Shown one piece after another: positions 28,984-45,301 of a DNA stretch of 64,000 nt. Each line of letters begins with the position of its first letter. Positions within the stretch are counted from its first letter, which is position 1. The stretch is from Balanoglossus misakiensis (taxonomy: Eukaryota > Animalia > Hemichordata), in contig CM082579.2 of the NCBI GenBank assembly GCA_040954595.2, positions 3,273,127 through 3,337,126 of the forward strand. Reading direction: 5' to 3'. The notes under the pieces are model-generated. The model did no database searches. It was not told the DNA's origin and saw nothing but the letters and a program-made list of their open reading frames with translations. Position numbers and translations under genes: made by a program.

Positions 28984-31900
28984 ATGGCGATGGTGATGGC
29001 CCCTGGTGGGGGAGTTATGGAGAGAACGCTGTTTGTTGGAGCGAGAATACCCCCGGAAGTGAAGGCTATGATTAAACCTCTGCAGAAACTCGAAAAGGAC
29101 AATTTTCGGAAGTTGCTTAGAGGTACGATTAATTTTATCGGCGGTGTGTTCAAAGTGTCTGTTCCATGACAGACAAATGATGTCAGGATCCCGCAGCCTG
29201 ATTTAGTGGGCGTGGTAGAATTGTTTTCATCTACATCACTAGCCACATTCCCATCTGCATCCCTGTGTCACGTGTGTTGGTCCTCTTCACCCCTTGTGAA
29301 TTAGAGTTGGGAAGCAGCTATAAATACATGTATACCAGAGGGGTATACAATTCCAGATGGATTTTCTATGATTTGGTAGAAATAGTTCAGTAGCCAATTG
29401 AATAAAGTTAATTACTATGTCAGCAATATTTTTTACCAGGCTGGCATCAAAGGTCCCCAAGCAAAGATTGAGAAATATCTGCCAATAGTTTCAGATAGGG
29501 AAGTCACTGTGAAGTTGTGCCATGTATCATGTATGTCCCTTACCTTTTGTCCATTGCTGTTCACAGTATTTACTCTGTCTGCCCCATGGTCTCTTACCAA
29601 TAAAGAGGGGACATTGTTGTTCAATTTATAACTTTCTGTCATTTCCCTCTAGTTGCGGTGTCGGCAATGGAAGGCAATGAAATTACAGAAGAAACTTTCA
29701 AGAAATTGCAGACAAATCAACTGACAGAGGAAACAATAAGCATTGTTTACGCAGGAATTTATACTTTACTCAGATATGCACTTAGATTACCGCAGACATC
29801 ATTGAAATCAGAGGTGAGTTCATAAATGGAATAACATACACATGTAATAATTGCTATGTTATACTTATGTAGTCAAGTTATATTGCAAGTTTAGAATGGT
29901 TATAAAAATAAGTGTCTTGTTTGGTATATTTTCAGGTTTTCAAAGAAGATTTAAAAGAACTTAAGTGAGTATTACCAGGAAGTTTTTGTACAACATTTGC
30001 AAAGATTTCGCACTTTTTTAATTTTTGAACTGTTAATGTTGTAATGACAATGTTTGGATAAAATTATAATATCAGTGTGTTTCTTACTGAAAAATACCAC
30101 TAACACCACCATTAAGAGTTGTTTAGCATATTACTGATGCATTTTATTGAAAGAAATATTGATCTTTTTTTTTCTTTCATTTCTTATCTGCAGAATACCT
30201 GATGATTTTATTGTAGATTTAGCAAGTGCTGTTTATGGCTCAAAGTAAGTACATTTAAAAGGATTTTTTATCAAGAAACAGGCTTATGAAAGATAATTGA
30301 AATTGATTTTCATACACTGTACACTCAGTATACAGAGGCTGACTGTCGGTGTTGTTCACTTACAGACGTGCTGTCATAGATGAAGCAACGGTCAAACAGA
30401 GAACGCGGTTACCTTCATTGGAAAGATTGAAGTGGAGAGTAGACGTAGCAATTTCAACAAGGTGAGAATGGAATACCTGTCATCAGGTATTTTTCCTGTA
30501 TTGTTCTGTTCTCAGATTCCCCAGCAATTGTGTTGTTCTGTTTAATTTAGGCATTAATAGCAATATTTTTTTTTATTTTGACAGTGTACTGAATAGAGTA
30601 TTAGAACCTACAGTCATGATGGAAATGACGCTAAGTAATGGAAAAATTCATAATTTTGAGGTAAGCCTATTCTCACTGGTGACTTCTATTAATAGTGTGA
30701 ATGACACAATGTATGTATGTCAGCTAACCCATCTACAGCTTCTGTCTATGATGAAGCCCCTGTCTACCAGGCTAACGTCCTTTTCGCCGGCCAGTGAGAT
30801 AAACACAGGGTATCCTTGTAAATGCTACTGTCGGTTGCTTAGTACCCACACTTGATGTATTATCCAACTGCATCTGTTAATACCTCACTGAATTTAAAAA
30901 ACGAACGGACAAAAGAAAGCCAGTCATTATAAAATGTATTTTCCAGCTTTTTTAACATTTCATGAATCTCACGGTGGCAATAATTGTACCCGTGATATAA
31001 CTCCCATGTGGGTAATGACCTTCACATGTTCATTTCATAACCAAGGTCAACACATATTGTTGTCTTTTCTCCCAGTGTTTGGTTCTGTACTAACACGTGT
31101 ATTTTCACGTGAGGAATTTTGGAAATTGTGTTGGGGGGGGGGGGGGGGGGGGAGGGGAGATAACATTAACTGGGAAATAAAATCGTACACTTGAATACGT
31201 TCTCTGACAGTGCCAATTACATGCTAAGCCTGAGTACTGTGATAATGCCAGGTTTCTCCAGCAATATGAGCCCTTTCACATTTACACAGCTGGGCACCAA
31301 GTCATCTATAGCCTGCCATCATTTCTGCAGGCAAACTGCAATCTGAAGTCGACGTACCTGGAAATCTTCTCTTTTATAAACAACCATTCATTCTATTAAA
31401 GCTGTAAGGGCCATACCAGCAATGGCAAAAAAAGCTTTGAATTCAATATGTAAAGAGATCATGTTTTGTAACAGGTTCACCTTGCTCGTTGTGTAATGCG
31501 CACAAATCCGCATGTTTTATAACAATATTTTTTTCCATTTTGATATGTAATTTGTGAGAGCAGGCATAAACAGGAAGACCACTTGCTGTGAATCGTGCAG
31601 TGAAAACAGTAGTAGCGCCAAATATGAACTAAACGTCCTTGCGGGATACTTGACAGATCTGTTTGGGAGCGTTAATGATGACAAGGCATCAATTGTGTTT
31701 TCACTGATGCACTGGGTTTTTGTTGTTTTTTCTCCTTGGAGGTAATGTTTAGTTCAATACCATGGGAAATTTTCAATGCCGTTGAAAATTAAAATACACA
31801 TGACCTCTGTTGTGTAAGCCTCGGGACCTTGACCACAGAGAAAGGTCAGGAGTTAACGGCTACCATTGAGATTTTTACACAACGTGATTTGAGGGAGGAT

Positions 31901-32639
31901 ATTTGTGTGCCAAGTGTGTGGTTTAGCATGGGAGGTCCAGAGTGGGAATCCTGTGAAATGCAGTGCACAATGCAAGTGTCTCGACCACACGCATGTCAAA
32001 TAAATTGAGGGGGTGGGTTGGGGGGGGGGGGGGATGACAGTAAGGTAGATGATGTTTAGTACCCTTCATGTAATTGGTTTTATGACCACAGGACAGAAAA
32101 AAAAAAACAATCATAACTTTACTTTTCAGTTTCAGCAGTAGAGAAAATGACTACAAAAAGAACTGTTTTTGAACAGAACTGTGTTGATGGCGTGCAGATG
32201 ATTTGGGTTGCAAATTGGCCTTATTTCTGGAATGGCATTTAAGTTGCAATTATCTGTGATCAAGCATCAAGAGGGAGAAACCAGTGAATGATTGATAGGG
32301 TCTCCTCACATGGCACTGGCAATAACAACATGTGTTATTAAATTTGTGGGGGAGGGAAACAGTGCTGCATTTCTCTTTTGTAGCTAAAAAATAAGCGTAT
32401 GAAGAAAAAAATACATATTTCAAAAACCAGTCGGCTATCAATTTGTCTTAATTGTTTTTTGACCAAAGAGATTTTGACCGTTTTGAACCGTGTGATACGA
32501 ACCCAATTCCATTACCATTTGTATCATTTTCTTGCAGGTTCCAGTATCCAAATTCCACGAACTACGGTATAACGTGGCATGTGTACTCAAAGAGATGGAA
32601 GATCTTGAAAAAAGGAGCATCCTCAAGATACAGGACTGA
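28984..32639 (+). CDS. COMMD5: COMM domain-containing protein 5 (7 coding exons)
   Basis: Exons 28984-29122, 29653-29813, 29936-29964, 30194-30244, 30366-30461, 30585-30660, 32538-32639. Peptides FVGARIPPEVKAM, ALRLPQTSLK, WRVDVAISTS and VPVSKFHELRYNVACVLKEMEDLEKR..QD* match COMMD5 as I recall it. Confidence 0.93.
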
Positions 32640-33651
32640 GAAACCAACTTTACGCTTGCCAGGAACACAGTCACCATGATCATTTTCTCGTTTATTTGTG
32701 ATTGGCATTTCACAAAGTTTTGGAGCAAATACCAAATTCATTCTGTGAAGACAAAATGTGAAAGGGCTTTGCCCTTTAGGTCAGAACTGACCGAGAGGAG
32801 GATCTTGACCAATAATAGGTCAACGTTAAACTCAATTCTGCTTCTCTGCACCTATTTTAAACCTCTGAAAGGAATACAGAGGTGGCTCTTTCTAGTTAGA
32901 ATAAATATAAGCTGCAATGTTCAAATTGTCTTGTTTCCTTTTATTAATACATACATAAAAATGCAATAATCGCTGCGTCGCGTGTTGGTTAAAAATGATG
33001 TCGTATCCACTTTCCCAACCACCAAAATCAACGACAACGAATGCGACACGTATTTTTGTAAAATGTATATAACGTTGAGGTCGTCAACGTGCCTTACGCA
33101 ATATAAATAAATCTTGTAATAGGGTTTGAACAAAACTATTTTTCGACTTTCAAGTTCATGAAGTTTCATAAGCTGAAAATAATTCTTTACATAACAAATC
33201 GTTAACACCCCACTGCTGAAACGAAGTTTGCGGACTTTGCTTCAAGTTGCAGCGGTGAAGAGCAATAGTTTGACGAGGACGATGACTAACATATACCTGA
33301 AAGAGGTATGATGGCACGTTTATTATAATGTAATGAAAAGAAAACACGAAAAAAGCGAAGAAAATTGCAAAAATTTGCAGTCGCTGCATAGTAAAAAGAA
33401 GAGCCGGGTGAGCCTGCAACTGACCAATTGAAACAAGCCATGTCGATCATGTGACTTTATGTAACCCCAACCTTGCAGCAAGTGTGTTATGGAAGTGCAG
33501 TGAGTACGTACGTCGTCTGATTATATGTTGTCGTGGGATCGGTCCACGTAAATTTCTGCTATTTTTGTAAGGGGCACATTATCGTTATGCTTATTAGGAA
33601 ACATTTTTGAGTATCCTTATATACTCACTTTATTTCCGTAAGTCGGAAGTC

Positions 33652-38849
<5,198 letters not shown>

Positions 38850-38982
38850 CTAGGCCGCATTGTGAGTTTCCTTTTCTCGGACCCCCTCATTCTTGTGTCT
38901 GGTGTAGCTTTAGCCGCTGGCTACCTCTGGGCATTTGAATAATCCAGCACCTAGAATTCAGTGCTGTCCTTTGATGCGACTT

Positions 38983-39080
38983 TTAACCCTTTCATCACCA
39001 TGGTTTGGTCCAAATCTATTGTTTTCTATGGTAAAGTTGGACCTTTATATAGTGAGCAGGGGGTGAGAGAGGGAACTAAA
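38983..39080. mobile_element. Short degenerate TTAA-type (piggyBac-like) MITE in the LONRF 3' UTR
   Basis: Begins TTAACCCTTTCA.CACC and ends in a degenerate inverse (ggggtgagagaggg..taa). The right end is imperfect. Confidence 0.4.
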
Positions 39081-40496
39081 CAAGAATTAGTGTTGTATTG
39101 AATGTGTGTTGAGAGAAGGAGACTCCCACAAAGGCCAACATGAACTGTACAAATTTTGCAAATACTTACAGATTTTTGGAACTGTTTTATGTCACTAAGT
39201 TAGTTACATTTTTAACTGGTGAATACAGACTTTTAGTGTGCTAAAAAGCCATTTGAAATATTTCAGTGAATGTTATTTTGATTGTAAAAGAAGAATAACA
39301 CTGACAGGGTTTTACGCCAGAATAAAACTGTTGGACATATTCCTCAGATGAAAGCAACTATGTTGTTTTGTTACAGACCCACCAAGGACAATAATTTATT
39401 GCATGGTTTTAAGGGACATTGCAATATATTCCTATTTCAAATTAAGTTGAAATAGAAATTCATACGATTATTTGGAAAAGTGTAATGCATGTAGATCATA
39501 TGGTACTCTTACAGAATCTCTGGCAGTTCTCTGAGAGAGCTGCTCTGCAGACAATTTCTAATTAAGTTTGATCTTCAGATACCATCTTTGTTAGAAGTCG
39601 GAACATTTATCCAATTTTGAACATTTAACGCCCAGTAGAGTAGAGTATAGTTGTCTGTGAGGTTGATCAAGACCTCAAAGAATGCATTATTGAAGTTTTT
39701 ACATAGCAACCATTTTTTATAACAGCAACATTGATCCATGTGGATGAAAAACCTGTGAATGATCTGTTTTCTGATCAAGTTAAATAAAATCTGATATTTG
39801 TCCTTAAAGTAAAAATTGGTTTATGGGTTGCTCACAGCTGATAAATGAAGCATGTGCAGCGAGTCCTAAAACATGTGGCACTATTAGTTTAATCCCAGTG
39901 ATTTAGAATTTACTTAGTGGATACCTTACATTGCTTTCATTTTCTGAAAAATGGAAAATAAAGTAAAACATTACATAAGTGAAAAGTTAGTGTGTCTGCT
40001 TTGTTTTTGTTCCTCAATCTATCACAGTCTAGTCTACCACTGTTACACTAGCGCTTGCCTACTTCATTTCAGAGAAAGATCAGATAGATTGATACGTAGA
40101 GGGCGCTGTTTGTCTGGACTTTTTTTTAGCACAGATTCGGTGTATCTGCCTAAACACGGTTACTAAGAGAAGAAACGTACGTTATTGAAAAACTAAGTAA
40201 AGAAAAATTAAACTGCACTGTTTGGCTTGTTTTTTGTCTTGTGAGGACAGTTTTATTTTCTATCGATCGTGTGTTAGATTGTTTTCTTGTTTGTTTACCA
40301 GCTTCCCAAGCACTCTTTTGCTTACAAAAATATATCTCGGATCACCTATGGGGGGGATCATGACTTCTAAAGCAATGAAAACAGCCAATATTGGCCACTT
40401 TCACCTTTTCACATGACAGGACGAAAGTTTGAAAGCATGCCATATGAAAATAAATCCCCAGCTTGAGGAGTTCACATTTAAACACATGCAGACAAC

Positions 40497-43045
40497 ATGG
40501 CTTCGAAATCGAAACCACGATGGCTTCCTCTTGAGTCAAACCCAGATGTAAGTCAAGATCTTTATTCAAAGATGCATGCTTTGAAATTTCTTCAATTCTC
40601 GCATTTCTAACCCCAGTGAGCTGATTTTCTAACATGCGTATTTATTCTTTTGGTTTGCCTCGCAGGTTATGAACAAGGTAAGGCGGGTCCCGGCGTCGAT
40701 GACGGTGCGGAAACTGATGATGATTATCATGCATGCATTGTGGTCAGTTTCGTCGGCATATACTTTTAATATGATGATGAGCCCGGCCCAGGTCGTGGAA
40801 ATCGATGTGGTTGTAGACAGTCGTCTCGTCCAGACACTGACCTTTAAAAGTCAGGTTAAACCGGCATTTTAAAATCACCTTCCCGGTACCAAAAATGCAT
40901 CTTCCTGGTATTGATACCCCATTTTGCTTGTACACCTGTATTACTGTATTACGTACATATAGACAGCGTAATTAAACGCAATGCATGTACATGTAAATTT
41001 AAAAGTGTCGTGGAAGTGTGACCACAGGTAAGGATTTAAACATTGGCGATGAACGTACAACTTTACAAATAAATAATTATCAGTTTTCAAATCATTCATA
41101 TATAAGCCACTCAGCCTAGATCAAGAAAAAATAGGAGTGTAGTTGTTTGCATAGTGCTGTGGCGTGATACTGTAACCTTCAAAGTAGCTGATTGTGGCCA
41201 CATTTGCAGATTTATATTCAACCTACAATGTTATACAATTGGTGTACATGCCCCGGCAATGTCGTCATACTTGACAATGTAGTAACATTTGCCGGGTTCA
41301 GTGTGTTCATTCACTAGGTATGTCCAAGTCATGGCAGTTCTGTGATGTGTTTGGATTGGATCCTGACCTACTTGGTATGGTGCCTTCCCCTGTAGCAGCT
41401 GTACTCTTGTTGTTTCCAATTAATGAGAAGGTGAGTAAATTTAATCTGCCATACAAAACTAACTTAGTGACAAATTCAAGGTACATGTAGATTTTCTAGT
41501 TAGGGGTCGATTATTATAAGACTGAATTGTCTAGATGACTGTTTTCTTTTCTCCGCAGTATGAAGCTTACAAGAAGCAGGAACAGGAGAAAATTGAGAAG
41601 GATGGTCAGAACGTTAGTAGCAACGTCTACTTTATGAAGCAGACAATAGGCAATGCATGCGGTACAATAGGACTTCTACACGCTGTAGCGAATAATACTG
41701 ATATCATTACTGTAGGTAAGTGTTGCACTGTTTTCTCTCAATCAACAAGCTTCTGTTTTATAATTAAATATTAATGAACTTATCACCTATTCATGTGATA
41801 TTGGCGATATTATACACTGGTGTATTCTATTGTGTCCGGTGATTGTACAAAAGCACTCTGCCAGGGTGAAAAGAAAGGGAATAAAAAATGCAAATATCCA
41901 AAATGGGATGATCGTTGCTTGTTGCCTGAAGCATTTTAATGTTGTTATTAGAGCAGGTACTTTGTGGGCTCATTGCTATTCCACAAGTGTTTGACTTGTC
42001 TGAGTTGTTGCAGACGTAGACATCATCAATTTACTTGCCATCTTGATTCCACCCATTTGTCTTGTAGAGTGATAAATTACACCTAGAAGCTTTGTAGCAG
42101 CGAGGCACCCTACCGTAATCATGAGAACAAATACATATGTAGAAAGAATTGTATTTATTGCGATTTCCTGGAACCCGCTTGTAGACATTTATATATAATA
42201 ACATTGTTGCTCATTAAATGCAACTTGTATAACTCTTCTCGATTTCTCGTGAGAATATGTTCAATCCAATTAAAGATGCTGATTTATTTTTGGATGAGTC
42301 ATAGTGATGACAGCGCTAGCATCTCATTAAAGAGAGACAGATTCTGCATTAGTCTTGGAAGAGAGACTGCCATTTTCCACTACATTTGCAAGTCAAAGTT
42401 AATATTAAAATTGCAACAAATTTTTCAGTTACTATATTTTTTACGTCATTGCAAATTTGCTTTTTTAGATAGTTCCCTGAAGAAATTTATAGATGCCACC
42501 AAAGGTTTGACTCCAGAAGAAAAGGCCAATTATCTTGAGAAAGATGAGAGTATTTCTGCGGCGCATGAGAGCAGTGCCCAGGAGGGACAGACAGAGGTAC
42601 GTAAAAAGTGGTGTTCTGTCTGTTCATGTTGTGGATGGTGTCATGTTTAACAGATAGTGAGTAACTAAAAGCATTATCACCCATTCAGGCGCCATCCCGT
42701 GAAGAGGAGGTCAATCTTCATTTCATCGCATTGGTTCATAAAGATGGTGAACTCTATGAACTGGACGGCCGCAAACCATTCCCTATAAATCATGGGAAGA
42801 CGTCTGCTGACACCATTCTGCAGGTCAGTCTTTGTTTGTTGATACATCGCCATGGTAATTCAAAATTAACAACTATGCAGGCTATAAATGCAATAAAGGT
42901 TTTTAAAAAATCAAAATAAAAAAATAAGCCTCTTTTTTTCTGTTTCTGTGTTTAGGACGCAGCCAATGTGTGCAAGCAGTTCATGGAGCGAGATCCGGCG
43001 GAACTCCACTTCACCGTGGTGGCATTGGCAGCTGCCCAGCAGTAG
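40497..43045 (+). CDS. UCHL3: Ubiquitin C-terminal hydrolase, UCHL3/UCHL1 family (7 exons including a 12-nt microexon)
   Basis: Exons 40497-40547, 40666-40677, 41302-41430, 41559-41715, 42469-42596, 42689-42823, 42956-43045. Motifs [29 protein letters not shown] (catalytic Cys), NLHFIALV (His) and [14 protein letters not shown] (Asp). Confidence 0.95.
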
Positions 43046-44583
43046 ATACACACACACCACTGCAAGCGCCCAATCAGAGGATGCTGATCATAACAAAGTC
43101 TCCAATCCATCTGCGTGATGCCAGGTGTATTCTCTGTGGGCATTTTGTATCCGTCAGCAGTATATTGTATTCAGAATGGTGTACTGTGATAGCCGCAGTG
43201 TGATATAGTGCATTATGTACTGCATAAATCAGTCATTGACCTGTTAAATGTTTCAATAACATGCATTCTTGCATTGTTAGTCTCTGATTCAAGAGCAATT
43301 TAGTATTTGTTCAGTATTCCTGACACCCAACCTATTTGCAACACATCCGACTCTAAATCAGTTCAATGTGTATCTGTTCGATCAAGACGTTTTATTATTC
43401 AGCAGGTGAAAGTCTTTAGTATAATGTCTAGTGTAGTGTGTAGCACAGTGTATTTGCGATCAGGCATGGATAAATGTGAGATGCAGAAATTATGAGTTTT
43501 CAGCATAAAAAATGATCTTGAATGGAAAAACGAAATGTGTCAGTATTGTTACATCTATAAAGTGCCATTGACAGAATTTATTTTTAAACCAAAAATGCCA
43601 CATGTAAGCTAAAGACTTGGTAGACCATGCATTTCCTCTGCCTTGAAAAGTTAAAGTTATATGATCATTACACTGTTCATATTTTCTGCCCGTCCAAAAT
43701 ATGTGGAAATCTTATAAGACATTCTCTGATCATGCTTTAGTTGAAACATTTATTACTGGTACGAAGTACTTATTTTCACTGAAGTGTTCAATTCTTCAGT
43801 TGGTTTCTTCTCAGCCAGGTCGACTGAAAGATTCGTTGCTTGAGGGCGCTCTTGATTTAATCCCTGTGCCTGTGGATTTTCTATCACAAGGTGACTGCTT
43901 TTAATAGTTACCAGAGTGTCCGCTTTGTTTAAGAAGTCTTTTCACCAAAGAAAATTGTTTTGTGTTGTTTTGTTTGTTGGTATCTATGCAATTGTATTTG
44001 TGTAGTTATCTCTAAAAGAGTTGTTTATGATTGCTTACGCAGTCGAATTTAATTTACATTTTCTTTTTACATTTGTCCCACCAGGTGTTAGGTTCTGTAG
44101 TATTTGAGAAAGGAAAATACTTGTGTCAAGGCAGATTTTGAAACTAGAAATACAATGGCCGGATTTGTATGTGTGGAGCATTTTTGTTGAACAATTTGTA
44201 TCTCAAAGCTATTAAATGGACTTGAATGTGTAATAAATTGTAGTTACCATGCTGGAATCTCGTGTTGTGCAGCTAGTTTTCTCCGTTTCAATCGTCAGTG
44301 TGACTGGTTTGATGGCAGCTTTTTCCTCTTTTCATCATTTTACTTTCAAACGTAACTTTCTAGCAGATGTGTTTCTATTATGTTAGTTACTTCACTTGTG
44401 AAAGAAATATGTCAGTGTTGAAATCCCTTTGGGTAGACTTGAAAAATATGCAAGTCAGAGGATTCTTGGTGAAAAAGTAAGCTTTATGATCACCCCTTGC
44501 CCTCCAAAAAAACTTCTGAGGCAAATGTAGAGACACCCAGAGACACTTTAGAGATTAACTTAATTTTTTTTTTTTAGTTATGT

Positions 44584-44770
44584 GGTGGACCGTACCTGGA
44601 GGTACTGCAATACCAGGTCGATCCGTGGCCAGGACAGAGCAAGCCCCTATTCCATGGCCCGTTACCAAAAATCAGTTTAATATCGAGCTGCTCAGTGAGC
44701 AGCGTATCAGATATTAAGCTGATAAGAACAGATATTACACATGATCTTAGCCAAAAGGCCGAGAAGCGAT
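44584..44770 (-). ncRNA. RNU2: U2 spliceosomal snRNA (variant copy)
   Basis: Reverse complement reads ATCGCTTCTCGGCCTTTTGGCTAAGATCATGTGTAATATCTGTTCTTATCAGCTTAATATCTGATAC. Stem IIb GCTGCTC-ACT-GAGCAGC, Sm site ATTTTTGG, stem-loop IV CCTGGTATTGCAGTACCTCCAGG; ~187 nt. Confidence 0.97.
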
Positions 44771-44820
44771 ACTGGCCATCGGCCCGGAACCTGGACGGTA
44801 TCAAGCTGACCATCACTTGA

Positions 44821-44840
44821 TGTACGGTTTCGATGGTACG
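44821..44840 (-). promoter_or_regulatory. Possible snRNA proximal sequence element (PSE)
   Basis: GTACCATCGAAACCGTAC at about -69..-52 from the U2 start, the usual PSE position. Only loosely like the vertebrate TCACC.T consensus. Confidence 0.3.
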
Positions 44841-45301
44841 TTCCTCTTTTCCAGCTCGCTCACATGTTTCTTTTGTCATGAAAGCTAAAAAATAAAAGTT
44901 GTCCATTGAAACAGCTCATTGCAAGATCAAGGATTCATTGAGGATGATTGGTTTTCGCTCATTTGTCGTATAGATGTTGGTTTTAAGCACAAAAATCATA
45001 CTTTTTAATTGCAAAGTTTCAAACCAGCATTTGAAAAGCCTCGGAAGTCATATGCAAAATATAGTTTAGCAACCCAACCTAGCGGTGAGGGCGGGCTTCC
45101 AACAACTTCATAAAACTTCCTGATTTTGGATCATCGTTTTTGGACTTGGCTGTACTATATATGTGACGGTTCCATAACAGCAGAAAGGTTCTTATATTGT
45201 TGAAGAGTAATATATGGTAGAGGCAACATTGCCACTGTATGTAAGTGAACCCAAAGTCGATGCAGATACATGTACTTTACTTACACACGTAACATTCGCT
45301 G

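Noticed and set aside
33611-33618. U12-type donor-like GTATCCTT (also at ~30810)
   Set aside because: Not at any exon boundary required by the reading frames. All reconstructed introns are U2-type GT-AG, and an 8-mer is expected by chance at this window size.
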